Assembly (NCBI GenBank): GCA_963708135.1
Contig: OY970192.1
Location: 4,832,001-4,896,000 of the forward strand
DNA: 64,000 bases
From: an uncultured Gemmatimonadales bacterium
Lineage (GTDB): Bacteria > Gemmatimonadota > Gemmatimonadetes > Longimicrobiales > RSA9
Direction of reading: 5' to 3'
In this document: positions 10,137-18,751 of the stretch, piece by piece
How the letters are laid out: every line of letters begins with the position of its first letter
Position numbering within the stretch: position 1 is the stretch's first letter
Made by a program: the position numbers and the translations under genes
Notes under the pieces: model-generated
What the model saw: the letters and a program-made list of their open reading frames with translations, nothing else
The model's database searches: none
What the model was told of the DNA's origin: nothing

Positions 10137-11057
10137 ATGGCGGAGCTTCCTGCAGCGCCTCGAGCATCACAGCGTGCCACGGCGGAAGGGGGCCCGGTGA
10201 GCGGTCCCGCGTCGCCGCAGTTCTCCAACATCGACGCATGGGGGGTCACGCACACCGGCAACATCCGTCCGGACAACCAGGACCACTTCTTCCTGGGGGC
10301 GCTGGCGCGTGGGGTGACGGTGGACTGCTCGAGCACCGGCGAGGCTGGCGGGGGGGTGGTGCACGCGGAGCGTCTCGCGTCGCTGGCGGTGGTGGCGGAT
10401 GGCGTCGGCTCGTCGGGCGGCGGGGAGCAGGCCGCGCGGCGGGCGGTGGAGGGGCTCGTCGCCTCGGTGTCGCGGTTCTTCCACGATGCGGCCGTCCGGG
10501 AGCCGCAGGACCCGGAGGTGTTCTCGCGCCTGCTGCACGACGCGGCGCTGGCGGTCCACGGCAGCCTGCTGGCGGAGGCGGAGCGGGAGGGCGGGCGGCG
10601 CACGTTCGCGACGACGCTCACGCTCTTCCTCGGTCTCTGGCCGCACGCCTACCTGCTCCAGCTGGGCGACTCCCGCTGCTACATCTACCGCGACGGCGTG
10701 CTCACGCAGATCACGCGCGACCAGACGATGGCGCAGGAGCTGATCGACAGCGGCGTGCTGACGCGGACGGTGGCGCAGCGGAGCCGCTGGGCGCACGTCC
10801 TGTCGAGCGCCATGGGCGCGCAGCAGGCGGAGCCGGTGGTGACGCGGGTGGTCCGGGACTGGGGGACGGTCGTGCTGCTGTGCAGCGACGGCCTCACCAA
10901 GCACGTGCCGGACGAGCAGATCCGGGAGCGACTCGCCACCATGACCAGCGCCCGCCAGGTGGTCGAGCAGCTGCTCCAGGACGCCCTCGACGCCGGCGGC
11001 ACGGACAACATCACCCTCATTGTGGGGCGGACCGTGAAGCCCGAGGCGCGCGAGTGA
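10137..11057 (+). CDS. PP2C/PPM family Ser/Thr protein phosphatase
   Basis: THTGNIRPDNQD, VVADGVG, TTLT, LGDSRCY, LLCSDGL, GGTDNIT motifs. Confidence 0.95.
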   Translation: MAELPAAPRASQRATAEGGPVSGPASPQFSNIDAWGVTHTGNIRPDNQDHFFLGALARGVTVDCSSTGEAGGGVVHAERLASLAVVADGVGSSGGGEQAARRAVEGLVASVSRFFHDAAVREPQDPEVFSRLLHDAALAVHGSLLAEAEREGGRRTFATTLTLFLGLWPHAYLLQLGDSRCYIYRDGVLTQITRDQTMAQELIDSGVLTRTVAQRSRWAHVLSSAMGAQQAEPVVTRVVRDWGTVVLLCSDGLTKHVPDEQIRERLATMTSARQVVEQLLQDALDAGGTDNITLIVGRTVKPEARE

Positions 11058-11100
11058 AGCCGTGGGTGCGCGCGTTCCGCCAGCCAGGAGACCAGTCGAG

Positions 11101-12645
11101 ATGAAGCAATGGATCGCGGTGAGCGCGACGTGCGCGCTGCTCGGTGCGCCCGTCGCGGCGCAGGCGCCCGCGCCACCGAAGGGGTTCGATGCCTACGTCC
11201 AGCGCGTCATGACACAGTGGCAGGTGCCGGGGCTGGCCGTCGCCATCGTGAAGGATGGCAAGGTGGTGCTGGCGCGGGGCTACGGCGTGCGCGAGCTGGG
11301 CAAGCCGGAGCGGGTGGACAGCGCCACGATCTTCGACATCGGCTCCAACACCAAGGCGTTCACGGCGGCCGCGCTGGGCACGCTGGTCTCCTCGGGGAAG
11401 CTCTCCTGGGACGACCACGTCGTGGACTACGTGAGGCCGTTCCGGCTGAGCAGCCCCTACATCACGGCGGAGATCACGCTGCGCGACCTGCTCACGCACG
11501 ACAGCGGGTACTGCGATCCGGGCATGTGGTACACGTCGGACGACACGGCGGTGATCGAGCGGCTGCGCTATCAGAAGCCGGACTACCCGTTCCGGACGAC
11601 GTTCTGCTACAACAACATGCTCTACCTGACGGCGAGCCGGTTCATCCCCGCGGTGACCGGGGAGCCGTGGGACCGCTACATCGCGGAGCACGTGTTCGCG
11701 CCGCTGGACATGCGCAGCACGGTGACGATGGAGGCGCAGGTCGCGGCGGCGCCCAATGTCGCCATGCCGCACGGCATGGTGGACGGCAAGGTCGTGCCGA
11801 TCCACCGCTACTGGCCGCACGACATGGACATCATCTCGCCGGTGGGCGGCATCTACTCGAGCGCCGAGGACATGAGCCACTGGCTGCTCATGCTGCTCGC
11901 TGATGGGCAGTACGAGGGCAGGACGGTGCTGGACTCCTCGGTCGTCAGGGAGATGGAGACGCCGCAGATCGTGATCAAGCCGTCGGGCGTCGGCGAGGAG
12001 ATCCGGTTCTGGATGCCCGGCGGCAGCTTCTACACCTATGGCCTCGGCCTCTTCGTCCAGGACCTGGCGGGTCACACGGTGGTCTGGCACGCGGGCGACA
12101 TCGACGGCATGGCGTCCAACCTGGCCATCGTGCCGGACGCACATCTGGGCGTGGCCGTGCTCTCCAACATGAACGGGAGCGACGCGCGCTTCGGCATCCT
12201 GCACTACGTGCTGCGCTCCTATCTCGGCCTGCCGCCCGGCAACTTCTCCGACTCTCTCTATGCGACGACGCAGCGCCTGCGCCAGCGCGGGGAGGCCGCG
12301 CGGGCCCGGCTCGCCGCCACGCGCAACCCCGAGGGCCAGCCCCCGGCGCCGCTCGCCAGCTACGTGGGGACCTACAGCGACCCGTACGCCGGAACCGCCC
12401 GCGTCACGCTCGAGGATGGCCACCTCGTCCTGCGGCTCGAGAACCCCGACTTCGCCGGCGACCTCGAGTACTGGAACGACGACACCTTCCAGGTGCGCTA
12501 CCGCTACCGCTACCGCGGCACGGCGTACGTGACCTTCGCGACCGACGTGGCGGGCAAGCCTCAGAGCCTCTCCATGGGCCGGGGCGGGCTGCACTACGAG
12601 CGGGTGAAGGGCACGGGCAACGGCGGGGCGAAGCCGTCGCCGTGA
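11101..12645 (+). CDS. Secreted beta-lactamase-family serine hydrolase with C-terminal DUF3471-like domain
   Basis: Signal peptide; SxxK (SNTK), YxN (YNN), HAG motifs; C-terminal LASYVGTYSDPYAG. Confidence 0.92.
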   Translation: MKQWIAVSATCALLGAPVAAQAPAPPKGFDAYVQRVMTQWQVPGLAVAIVKDGKVVLARGYGVRELGKPERVDSATIFDIGSNTKAFTAAALGTLVSSGKLSWDDHVVDYVRPFRLSSPYITAEITLRDLLTHDSGYCDPGMWYTSDDTAVIERLRYQKPDYPFRTTFCYNNMLYLTASRFIPAVTGEPWDRYIAEHVFAPLDMRSTVTMEAQVAAAPNVAMPHGMVDGKVVPIHRYWPHDMDIISPVGGIYSSAEDMSHWLLMLLADGQYEGRTVLDSSVVREMETPQIVIKPSGVGEEIRFWMPGGSFYTYGLGLFVQDLAGHTVVWHAGDIDGMASNLAIVPDAHLGVAVLSNMNGSDARFGILHYVLRSYLGLPPGNFSDSLYATTQRLRQRGEAARARLAATRNPEGQPPAPLASYVGTYSDPYAGTARVTLEDGHLVLRLENPDFAGDLEYWNDDTFQVRYRYRYRGTAYVTFATDVAGKPQSLSMGRGGLHYERVKGTGNGGAKPSP

Positions 12646-12687
12646 GGCGATGAAAGGCCGCACCGTCAACACCCTCGCGCTCGAGCC

Positions 12688-15360
12688 ATGACCGCGATCC
12701 CGGAGCGCCTCGCCTCGGCCCTCGCCGACCGCTACCGCGTCGAGCGCGAGCTCGGCGAGGGCGGGATGGCCACGGTCTATCTGGCGGAGGACCTGAAGCA
12801 CCACCGGCAGGTGGCGCTCAAGGTGCTCAAGCCGGAGCTCGCGGCCACGCTGGGCGCCGACCGGTTCCTGCGCGAGATCGACGTCGCGGCCAGTCTGCAG
12901 CACCCGCACATCCTGCCGCTGTTCGACTCGGGCGAGGCGGGCGGCTTCCTGTTCTACGTGATGCCGTATATCCAGGGCGAGTCGCTGCGCGCGAGGCTGG
13001 CGCGTGGCGGCGAGCTGCCGGTGCCCGAGGCCGCGAAGATCCTGCGCGACGTGCTGGACGCCCTCGCCCACGCACACCAGCACGGCGTGGTGCACCGCGA
13101 CATCAAGCCGGACAACGTGCTGCTCTCGGGGCGGCACGCGCTCGTGACGGACTTCGGCGTCGCGAAGGCTGTGAGCGAGGCGACGGGGCGCCAGTCGCTC
13201 ACGACGGTTGGCGTCGCCCTCGGCACGCCATCCTACATGGCCCCGGAGCAGGCAACCGCAGATCCCAACGTGGATTTCCGCGCCGACCTGTACGCCGTCG
13301 GGGCCATGGCGTACGAGATGCTCACCGGCAACCCGCCGTTCAGCGGGGCGAGCCCGCAGGCCATCCTGGCGGCGCAGGTGACGGAGCCCGCCAGGCCGAT
13401 CACGGCCGTCCGCCCCTCCGTGCCGGCACTGCTCGGCCAGCTGGTCATGCAGTGCCTCGAGAAGCGCCCCGCGGACCGGCCCACGAGCGCCGACGCGCTG
13501 CTGCCCACGCTGGAGGCACTGGCGACGCCGAGCGGCGGCGTGACACCGGCCGCGACGGCGCCCTTCGCGGCCGCGCACGCTCACCCGCGGCGGGGCCCGA
13601 TCCCGCGGATGGCGGCGATTGCGCTGGGCGTCGTCGCCTTCGGTGGCGCCGCGTACGGCGGCTATCGGCTGCTCCGGCCGGCGGCCCGCGCCAGCGCGCA
13701 CTCGCTGGCGGTGCTCCCCTTCGAGAACGCGGGAGGGGACACCACCAACCAGGTGTTCACCAATGGCGTACAGGACGAGATCCTGACGGACCTCACGCGC
13801 ATCGGGGCGCTGCAGGTCACATCGCGCACCTCGGTCCAGGAGTACCGCCACACCACGAAGAGCGTGAAGCAGATCGGCGCGGAGCTCGGCGTGGCGACGG
13901 TGCTCGAGGGGCAGGTGCAGCGCGCGGGCAGCCAGGTGCACGTCACCGTGCAGCTCGTGGATGCCACGCGCGACCGGCAGATCTGGGCCAGCTCGTACGA
14001 CCGCAAGCTGACGGCGGAGAACATCTTCGCCATCCAGGGCGACATCGCGCAGAACGTGGCGCACGCGCTCCAGGCGAGCCTCACCGCCTCTCAGGAGAGC
14101 GCGATGGAGACGTCACCGACCGCCGACCTCGAGGCGCTGGACTGGTACCACCGCGGCAAGGAGCTGTTCGACAACCGGAGCGGCGTCAACGACACGGCCA
14201 TCAGCGCGGCGTTCGGCCGCGCGGTTGCGCGCGACTCGAGCTTCGCGGGGGCGTGGGCGTGGCTGGCCGCGGCGCGGAGCTGGGAGGTGCGCGACGGCTG
14301 GACGACGGATACCGTTCCCGCCCGGACCGCGCTCGACCGCGCGCTCGCGCTCGCGCCATCCGCGCCCGAGACGGAGCTCGCGCAGGCCTTCTTCACCTAC
14401 TACGCGAAGGCCGATTACAATGACGCGCTGCGCCATTTTCGGGCGCTGGCGGACAAGCGCCCGGGCGACGTGGACGCGATCCAGGGCATCGGCTACATCG
14501 CGCGCCGGCAGGGGCGCTGGGACGACGCCCTCGAGCACGAGCGGAAGGTCATCACGCTCAGCCCGCGCGAGCCGAGCGCGCTCTACGATCTGGGCGAGAG
14601 CTATATGATGCTCCGCCGGTTCGACGAGGCCGACAAGCAGATCCGCCGCGCGCTCATCCTCGACCCGCGCAACGAGCGCACCATCGCAGACCTGAGCTTC
14701 TGTCTCCTCGCCCGCGGGGATACGGCCGCCGCGCGAAGGGTGGCCAGCGGGATGGCCGCCAGCCATGAATTCGGCGCCCTCACGGCTGCCCCCTGGCTGA
14801 TCGACCGCTGGGCAGGGCGCTACGCCGCCGCGAGTACACGCGTCGATTCCCTTCTCGAGATGCGCCCCGTGTACCGGCCCGGCAAGGCGGTCGAGCACGC
14901 GCTCGACGACCTTGCCGCCGGCGATACCGGCCGTGCCCGGCTACACTCGGACTCCGCCGCCCACCTCGCCCGATCCGCGATCGCCCACTACGGCCCGACC
15001 GACGTGTTCGGCAACCTCGCCGATCTCCACATGGTGCTGGGGCTGGCCGAGGCGATCGAGGGAAAGGCGAGCGACGCCGCGGCCGACGTACGCCGCGCCA
15101 TCGCGCTGAACCCGCGTGCCCGGGACGCCATCGAGGCGAGTCGGGCCGAGGAGACCCTGGTCCTCGTCCACGTGATCCTCGGTCACCGGGACGAGGCGAT
15201 CCGGCTGATCCGGGAGCAGGCGCACCGACCCCTGGCTTTCTCGAGTATCCTGCCATTGTCCCGGGCCACGATCCGCATGGATCCGCTGTTCGCCGGGATC
15301 CGCCCGGACCCCCGGCTGAGGGCGCTGCTCGCGGATGACGCCGCCTGGGTGGTCCGATGA
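12688..15360 (+). CDS. Ser/Thr kinase K1: kinase-TM-TolB_N-like-TPR
   Basis: VALK, HRDIKPDN, DFG, GTPSYMAPE; TM; SLAVLPFEN..VTSRTS..LEGQVQR domain; TPR-like helices. Confidence 0.95.
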   Translation: MTAIPERLASALADRYRVERELGEGGMATVYLAEDLKHHRQVALKVLKPELAATLGADRFLREIDVAASLQHPHILPLFDSGEAGGFLFYVMPYIQGESLRARLARGGELPVPEAAKILRDVLDALAHAHQHGVVHRDIKPDNVLLSGRHALVTDFGVAKAVSEATGRQSLTTVGVALGTPSYMAPEQATADPNVDFRADLYAVGAMAYEMLTGNPPFSGASPQAILAAQVTEPARPITAVRPSVPALLGQLVMQCLEKRPADRPTSADALLPTLEALATPSGGVTPAATAPFAAAHAHPRRGPIPRMAAIALGVVAFGGAAYGGYRLLRPAARASAHSLAVLPFENAGGDTTNQVFTNGVQDEILTDLTRIGALQVTSRTSVQEYRHTTKSVKQIGAELGVATVLEGQVQRAGSQVHVTVQLVDATRDRQIWASSYDRKLTAENIFAIQGDIAQNVAHALQASLTASQESAMETSPTADLEALDWYHRGKELFDNRSGVNDTAISAAFGRAVARDSSFAGAWAWLAAARSWEVRDGWTTDTVPARTALDRALALAPSAPETELAQAFFTYYAKADYNDALRHFRALADKRPGDVDAIQGIGYIARRQGRWDDALEHERKVITLSPREPSALYDLGESYMMLRRFDEADKQIRRALILDPRNERTIADLSFCLLARGDTAAARRVASGMAASHEFGALTAAPWLIDRWAGRYAAASTRVDSLLEMRPVYRPGKAVEHALDDLAAGDTGRARLHSDSAAHLARSAIAHYGPTDVFGNLADLHMVLGLAEAIEGKASDAAADVRRAIALNPRARDAIEASRAEETLVLVHVILGHRDEAIRLIREQAHRPLAFSSILPLSRATIRMDPLFAGIRPDPRLRALLADDAAWVVR

Positions 15361-15380
15361 GCCGCACAGGTGGCGCCGAA

Positions 15381-15794
15381 TCAGTCGAGCAGGAGCACGA
15401 ACCCGGCAATGCGGAAGTGGGAATCCGTCGTGATCGCCTCGCGGATGCGCCGCTCGCGCATGATCACGACGCTCGTGCAGTCGGTGAACAAGAACGCCTG
15501 GTCGTGGTACTTGCGGAACTGGCCTTCCGCCGCCTCGAAGCGCTCGGAGCCCACCCACTCCAGGTCGAGAGCGGCCGTCTCGTGGATCAGGTCCAGAAGC
15601 CGGAATGCCATGCTCGTTCCGGCGCGGGCCCGCGCCAGCGTGCACGACTCGTCCAGCACGTAGTCCGTCGTGACCAGCCGCGCACCACCCCGGACCAGCT
15701 CTGCCACGAGCTCCGCCGTCCGCGCGTGCGCCGCATCGTTGCGATCGATCAGCGCGTACCAGCCGGACGTGTCCACGAAGACGCTTCTCGCCAT
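15381..15794 (-). CDS. vapC: PIN-domain (VapC) toxin
   Basis: VFVDTSGWYAL, VLDE, FTDCTS, TTDSHF. Confidence 0.92.
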   Translation of the reverse strand: MARSVFVDTSGWYALIDRNDAAHARTAELVAELVRGGARLVTTDYVLDESCTLARARAGTSMAFRLLDLIHETAALDLEWVGSERFEAAEGQFRKYHDQAFLFTDCTSVVIMRERRIREAITTDSHFRIAGFVLLLD

Positions 15795-15803
15795 GACGGC
15801 GGC

Positions 15804-16055
15804 TCAACGCTCGTAGATGAGCCGATCGATCTCCTCCCCCGTGAGGACGCCTCCCGGCCCGTCCACGGCGAAGTCCTCGATGTGGAGGAGGGGATCGTCC
15901 TCCGGAACGGTGCTCCCCCCATCGCCGACCGGCTCGAGGCGCGCCACCGCCTTCCCCCGGTAGGTGAGCAGGAGCCGCTCCCCCCGTCGGAGCGCGTCCA
16001 GCGCGCGCCGGGCGTTGCGCCGGAACTCGAGCATCGTGATCTCTCTCATGGACAT
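15804..16055 (-). CDS. Phd/YefM-family antitoxin
   Basis: MREITMLEFRRNARRALDALRRGERLLLTYRGKAVARLEP directly upstream of the PIN gene; start 16049 or 16055. Confidence 0.88.
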   Translation of the reverse strand: MSMREITMLEFRRNARRALDALRRGERLLLTYRGKAVARLEPVGDGGSTVPEDDPLLHIEDFAVDGPGGVLTGEEIDRLIYER

Positions 16056-16103
16056 CAAGTTAACCTTCAAGTTGAAGTCGAGGAAGCTCCGTAATGGGGA
16101 CCG

Positions 16104-16487
16104 TCAGCTCTCCAGCTCACCCACGAGCAGGCGGTGTGACGCACGGACGCGGCGGTCCAGCGTGCAGAGCGGCACCCGCCGCGCCTCGCTGTGCGCGGCC
16201 AGGAATCGGTCGAATGGATCGCGCGTCCACGAGAGCGGCAGCGCCTTCTCCACGAGGGCCACCAGGGGCACCTCGTCCACCACGAACCGGGGATCCGCGG
16301 CCACGGCGCGCGTGAACGCGGGCTGCCGAACCTCCAGACGGCCGACCTCGGCCAGGAACTGGATCTCCAGGAAGGACACGGGAGAGATGCCCCACGGGCG
16401 GTATCCGTCTAGCCACGGAAACTCCTTCAGGCGCTCGGCCCCGAGGACCGTCCAGAGGAGGAAGTGCGTGTCCAGCAGGATCTTCAC
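16104..16487 (-). CDS. vapC: PIN-domain (VapC) toxin
   Basis: GTG start; KILLDTHFLLW, SPVSFLEI, RDPFDRFLAA, TLD. Confidence 0.92.
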   Translation of the reverse strand: MKILLDTHFLLWTVLGAERLKEFPWLDGYRPWGISPVSFLEIQFLAEVGRLEVRQPAFTRAVAADPRFVVDEVPLVALVEKALPLSWTRDPFDRFLAAHSEARRVPLCTLDRRVRASHRLLVGELES

Positions 16488-16732
16488 CCCTCCGGCTCCA
16501 GGTCCTCGGCGTCCTCGGACCACGTCCAGCCCCACCGATCCGCCTCCTCCAGCCCGGGCACGCGCAGGAGCGAAGCGTAGTCCGGGAGGTCGCCCGCCTC
16601 TCTCGCGTCCGGCTCCCGCCGCAGCACGATGCGACGTCCCCCACGCTCGATGCACACCACCGCTCCCGCGGCCACCTCGTCGAGCAGCCGGAACCAGTTC
16701 CTGCGGGCCTCGCTGGCCGTCACGCGTTTCAT
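16484..16732 (-). CDS. Phd/YefM-family antitoxin
   Basis: MKRVTASEARRNWFRLLDEVAAGAVVCIERGG; stop overlaps the toxin start (GTGA). Confidence 0.88.
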   Translation of the reverse strand: MKRVTASEARRNWFRLLDEVAAGAVVCIERGGRRIVLRREPDAREAGDLPDYASLLRVPGLEEADRWGWTWSEDAEDLEPEG

Positions 16733-16733
16733 G

Positions 16734-16746
16734 TGTACAATGTACA
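16734..16746. promoter_or_regulatory. Probable TA operator, tandem TGTACA palindromes
   Basis: TGTACA-A-TGTACA next to the antitoxin start codon. Confidence 0.6.
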
Positions 16747-16990
16747 ACTGGACCGCGGCCGCGGCAAGACCCCCGATCACCGTCGCCGCGGGTTCGAGCC
16801 ATTCCGAGCCCCGCCGGTGCGTCTGCACCCCGGGCTTCGTATCCATGGCGGTCATCCGGCGCGCTCCTCGTTGGTCAGGTACACTCTCGTACGATGCTTG
16901 GCGATGGCTGTAAGGCGGACAATGTCGGCGGCATCCGCGGGCGGAGCGATAGCGGAATCGGCCACCCAGCGGCGACGCGGGGGCTTTTGG

Positions 16991-18451
16991 ATGCCTGAAC
17001 CGGGAAGGCCTCGCGGCGCGGCGGAGGTCGCCGCCGTCGCCTCGCACGGCGCGGGGCTCAGGCGGGAGCTCGGGCTGTGGGATCTCGTGCTGACGCAGGT
17101 GATGTTCATCGTGGGCGCGCAGTGGGTGGGCACGGCGGCCATACTGGGCCACTCGCAGGTCGTCTACTGGCTTCTCGCCATGGCGGCGTTCTACGTGCCG
17201 CAGGCGGCGGTGGTGATCTTCCTGAACCGGCAGATGCCGCTCGAGGGCGGGCTGTATCAGTGGGCGAGGATCGGGTTCAACGACGGGATCGGGTTCATGG
17301 TCGCGTGGAACCTGTGGGTGTTCGGGGTCATCCTCCTCTCGTCCTACGGGGTCGTGATCGCCGAGACGTTCGGCTACGTGCTGGGTCCGAGCGCGCACTG
17401 GCTGACCGGCACGAAGTGGTACGACGGCGCGGTCACCGGCTTCGTGGTGGCGATGATCATCCTGGTCTCGTTGTACGGCCTGCGCATCGGCAAGTGGGTG
17501 CACGACGCGGGCGGGCTGGCGCACCTGCTGACGTTCGCCGCGCTGCTGCTGATGCCGATCTTCGCGTTCGCGCATCACACGGTGGCCGACCACCACCCGT
17601 TCGCGGTGGCAATGCCCGGGGCGACGCTTCTGTCGGTCAACATCTTCAGCAAGATGGCGCTCGGCGCGCTGACCGGCTTCGAGTTCGTGGCGATCCTCGC
17701 CGGGGAGACGCGCGATCCCGCTCGGGCGATCGGCCGGTCCGTGCTCATCGCCACGCCGGTGATCGCGCTCATGTTCATCCTGGGCACGAGCGCCGTGCTG
17801 GCGGCCACGCCGGCGGGGAAGATCGACCTTATCGCACCCATCCCGCAGGCGCTCACGTACGGGCTGCGCTCCTTCGGCTGGGCGGTCTACATCGTCCCGG
17901 TGCTCACGATGCTGCTGCTCATGCGGCACATCGCGAACGTGAACCTGCTCTTCGCGGCCAACGCACGCCTGCCGATGGTGGCCGGCTGGGACGGCCTGCT
18001 GCCGGGCTGGTTCACGCGGCTGCACCCGCGCTACAGGACGCCGCTCAACTCGATCCTGTTCCTCGGCGCCGTAACGCTCGCGTTCGGCGCGCTGAGCCTC
18101 GTCGGCGTCGGGCTGCAGGAGACCTTCCAGCTGCTGGACAACGCGGCCGGCGTGCTGTACGCCGTCTGTTACCTCGCCATGTTCGCGCTGCCGCTGGTGG
18201 GTATGCGGGGATTCCAGCGCGCGCCGCTGTGGCTGCGCCTGGCGGCGGTGTCCGGCTTCGCGGTCACGCTGCTCTACATCGTGCTGTCGGTGTTCCCGAT
18301 CATCGACGTGAAGAGCTGGGCGAGCTTCGCCGCCAAGATCATCGTGGTGGTCGTCGCCGCGAACCTGGTCGGCGTGGCCATCTATCGCGCGGAGAAACGG
18401 CGGCAGGCGGCGCGCGAGGCCGCGATGGCGGGCGTGGCCGGCGCGGCATAG
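16991..18451 (+). CDS. APC family amino acid permease
   Basis: LRRELGLWDLV..IVGAQW, PLEGGLYQW, GFE..AGE, RLHPRYRTP; about 12 TM segments. Confidence 0.92.
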   Translation: MPEPGRPRGAAEVAAVASHGAGLRRELGLWDLVLTQVMFIVGAQWVGTAAILGHSQVVYWLLAMAAFYVPQAAVVIFLNRQMPLEGGLYQWARIGFNDGIGFMVAWNLWVFGVILLSSYGVVIAETFGYVLGPSAHWLTGTKWYDGAVTGFVVAMIILVSLYGLRIGKWVHDAGGLAHLLTFAALLLMPIFAFAHHTVADHHPFAVAMPGATLLSVNIFSKMALGALTGFEFVAILAGETRDPARAIGRSVLIATPVIALMFILGTSAVLAATPAGKIDLIAPIPQALTYGLRSFGWAVYIVPVLTMLLLMRHIANVNLLFAANARLPMVAGWDGLLPGWFTRLHPRYRTPLNSILFLGAVTLAFGALSLVGVGLQETFQLLDNAAGVLYAVCYLAMFALPLVGMRGFQRAPLWLRLAAVSGFAVTLLYIVLSVFPIIDVKSWASFAAKIIVVVVAANLVGVAIYRAEKRRQAAREAAMAGVAGAA

Positions 18452-18751
18452 CCACCTCGCGCGAGAGTTCCAACGCAGGCCGGGCACGGACCACCGGCCG
18501 GGCACGGGTCACGGGCACCGGCACGGAAGACGGGCAGAACGAGGCACCGGGGCAGGGGTAGGGGAACGTGGACGTGCACGTGCACGTTGTAGCGGAACGG
18601 AGGAGACCCGGCCGCACCGAGCACCGTGGCGACCCCGCCGGCGCGGCCGGCGCGGCCGGCGCGGCGATCCGCTGGCCCGTACCGCGGCTGCGGTCTAGAT
18701 TTGTCATTGTCTCACCACTCAGCTCCCCCATTTCGTCGCACCCCGAGGCTG

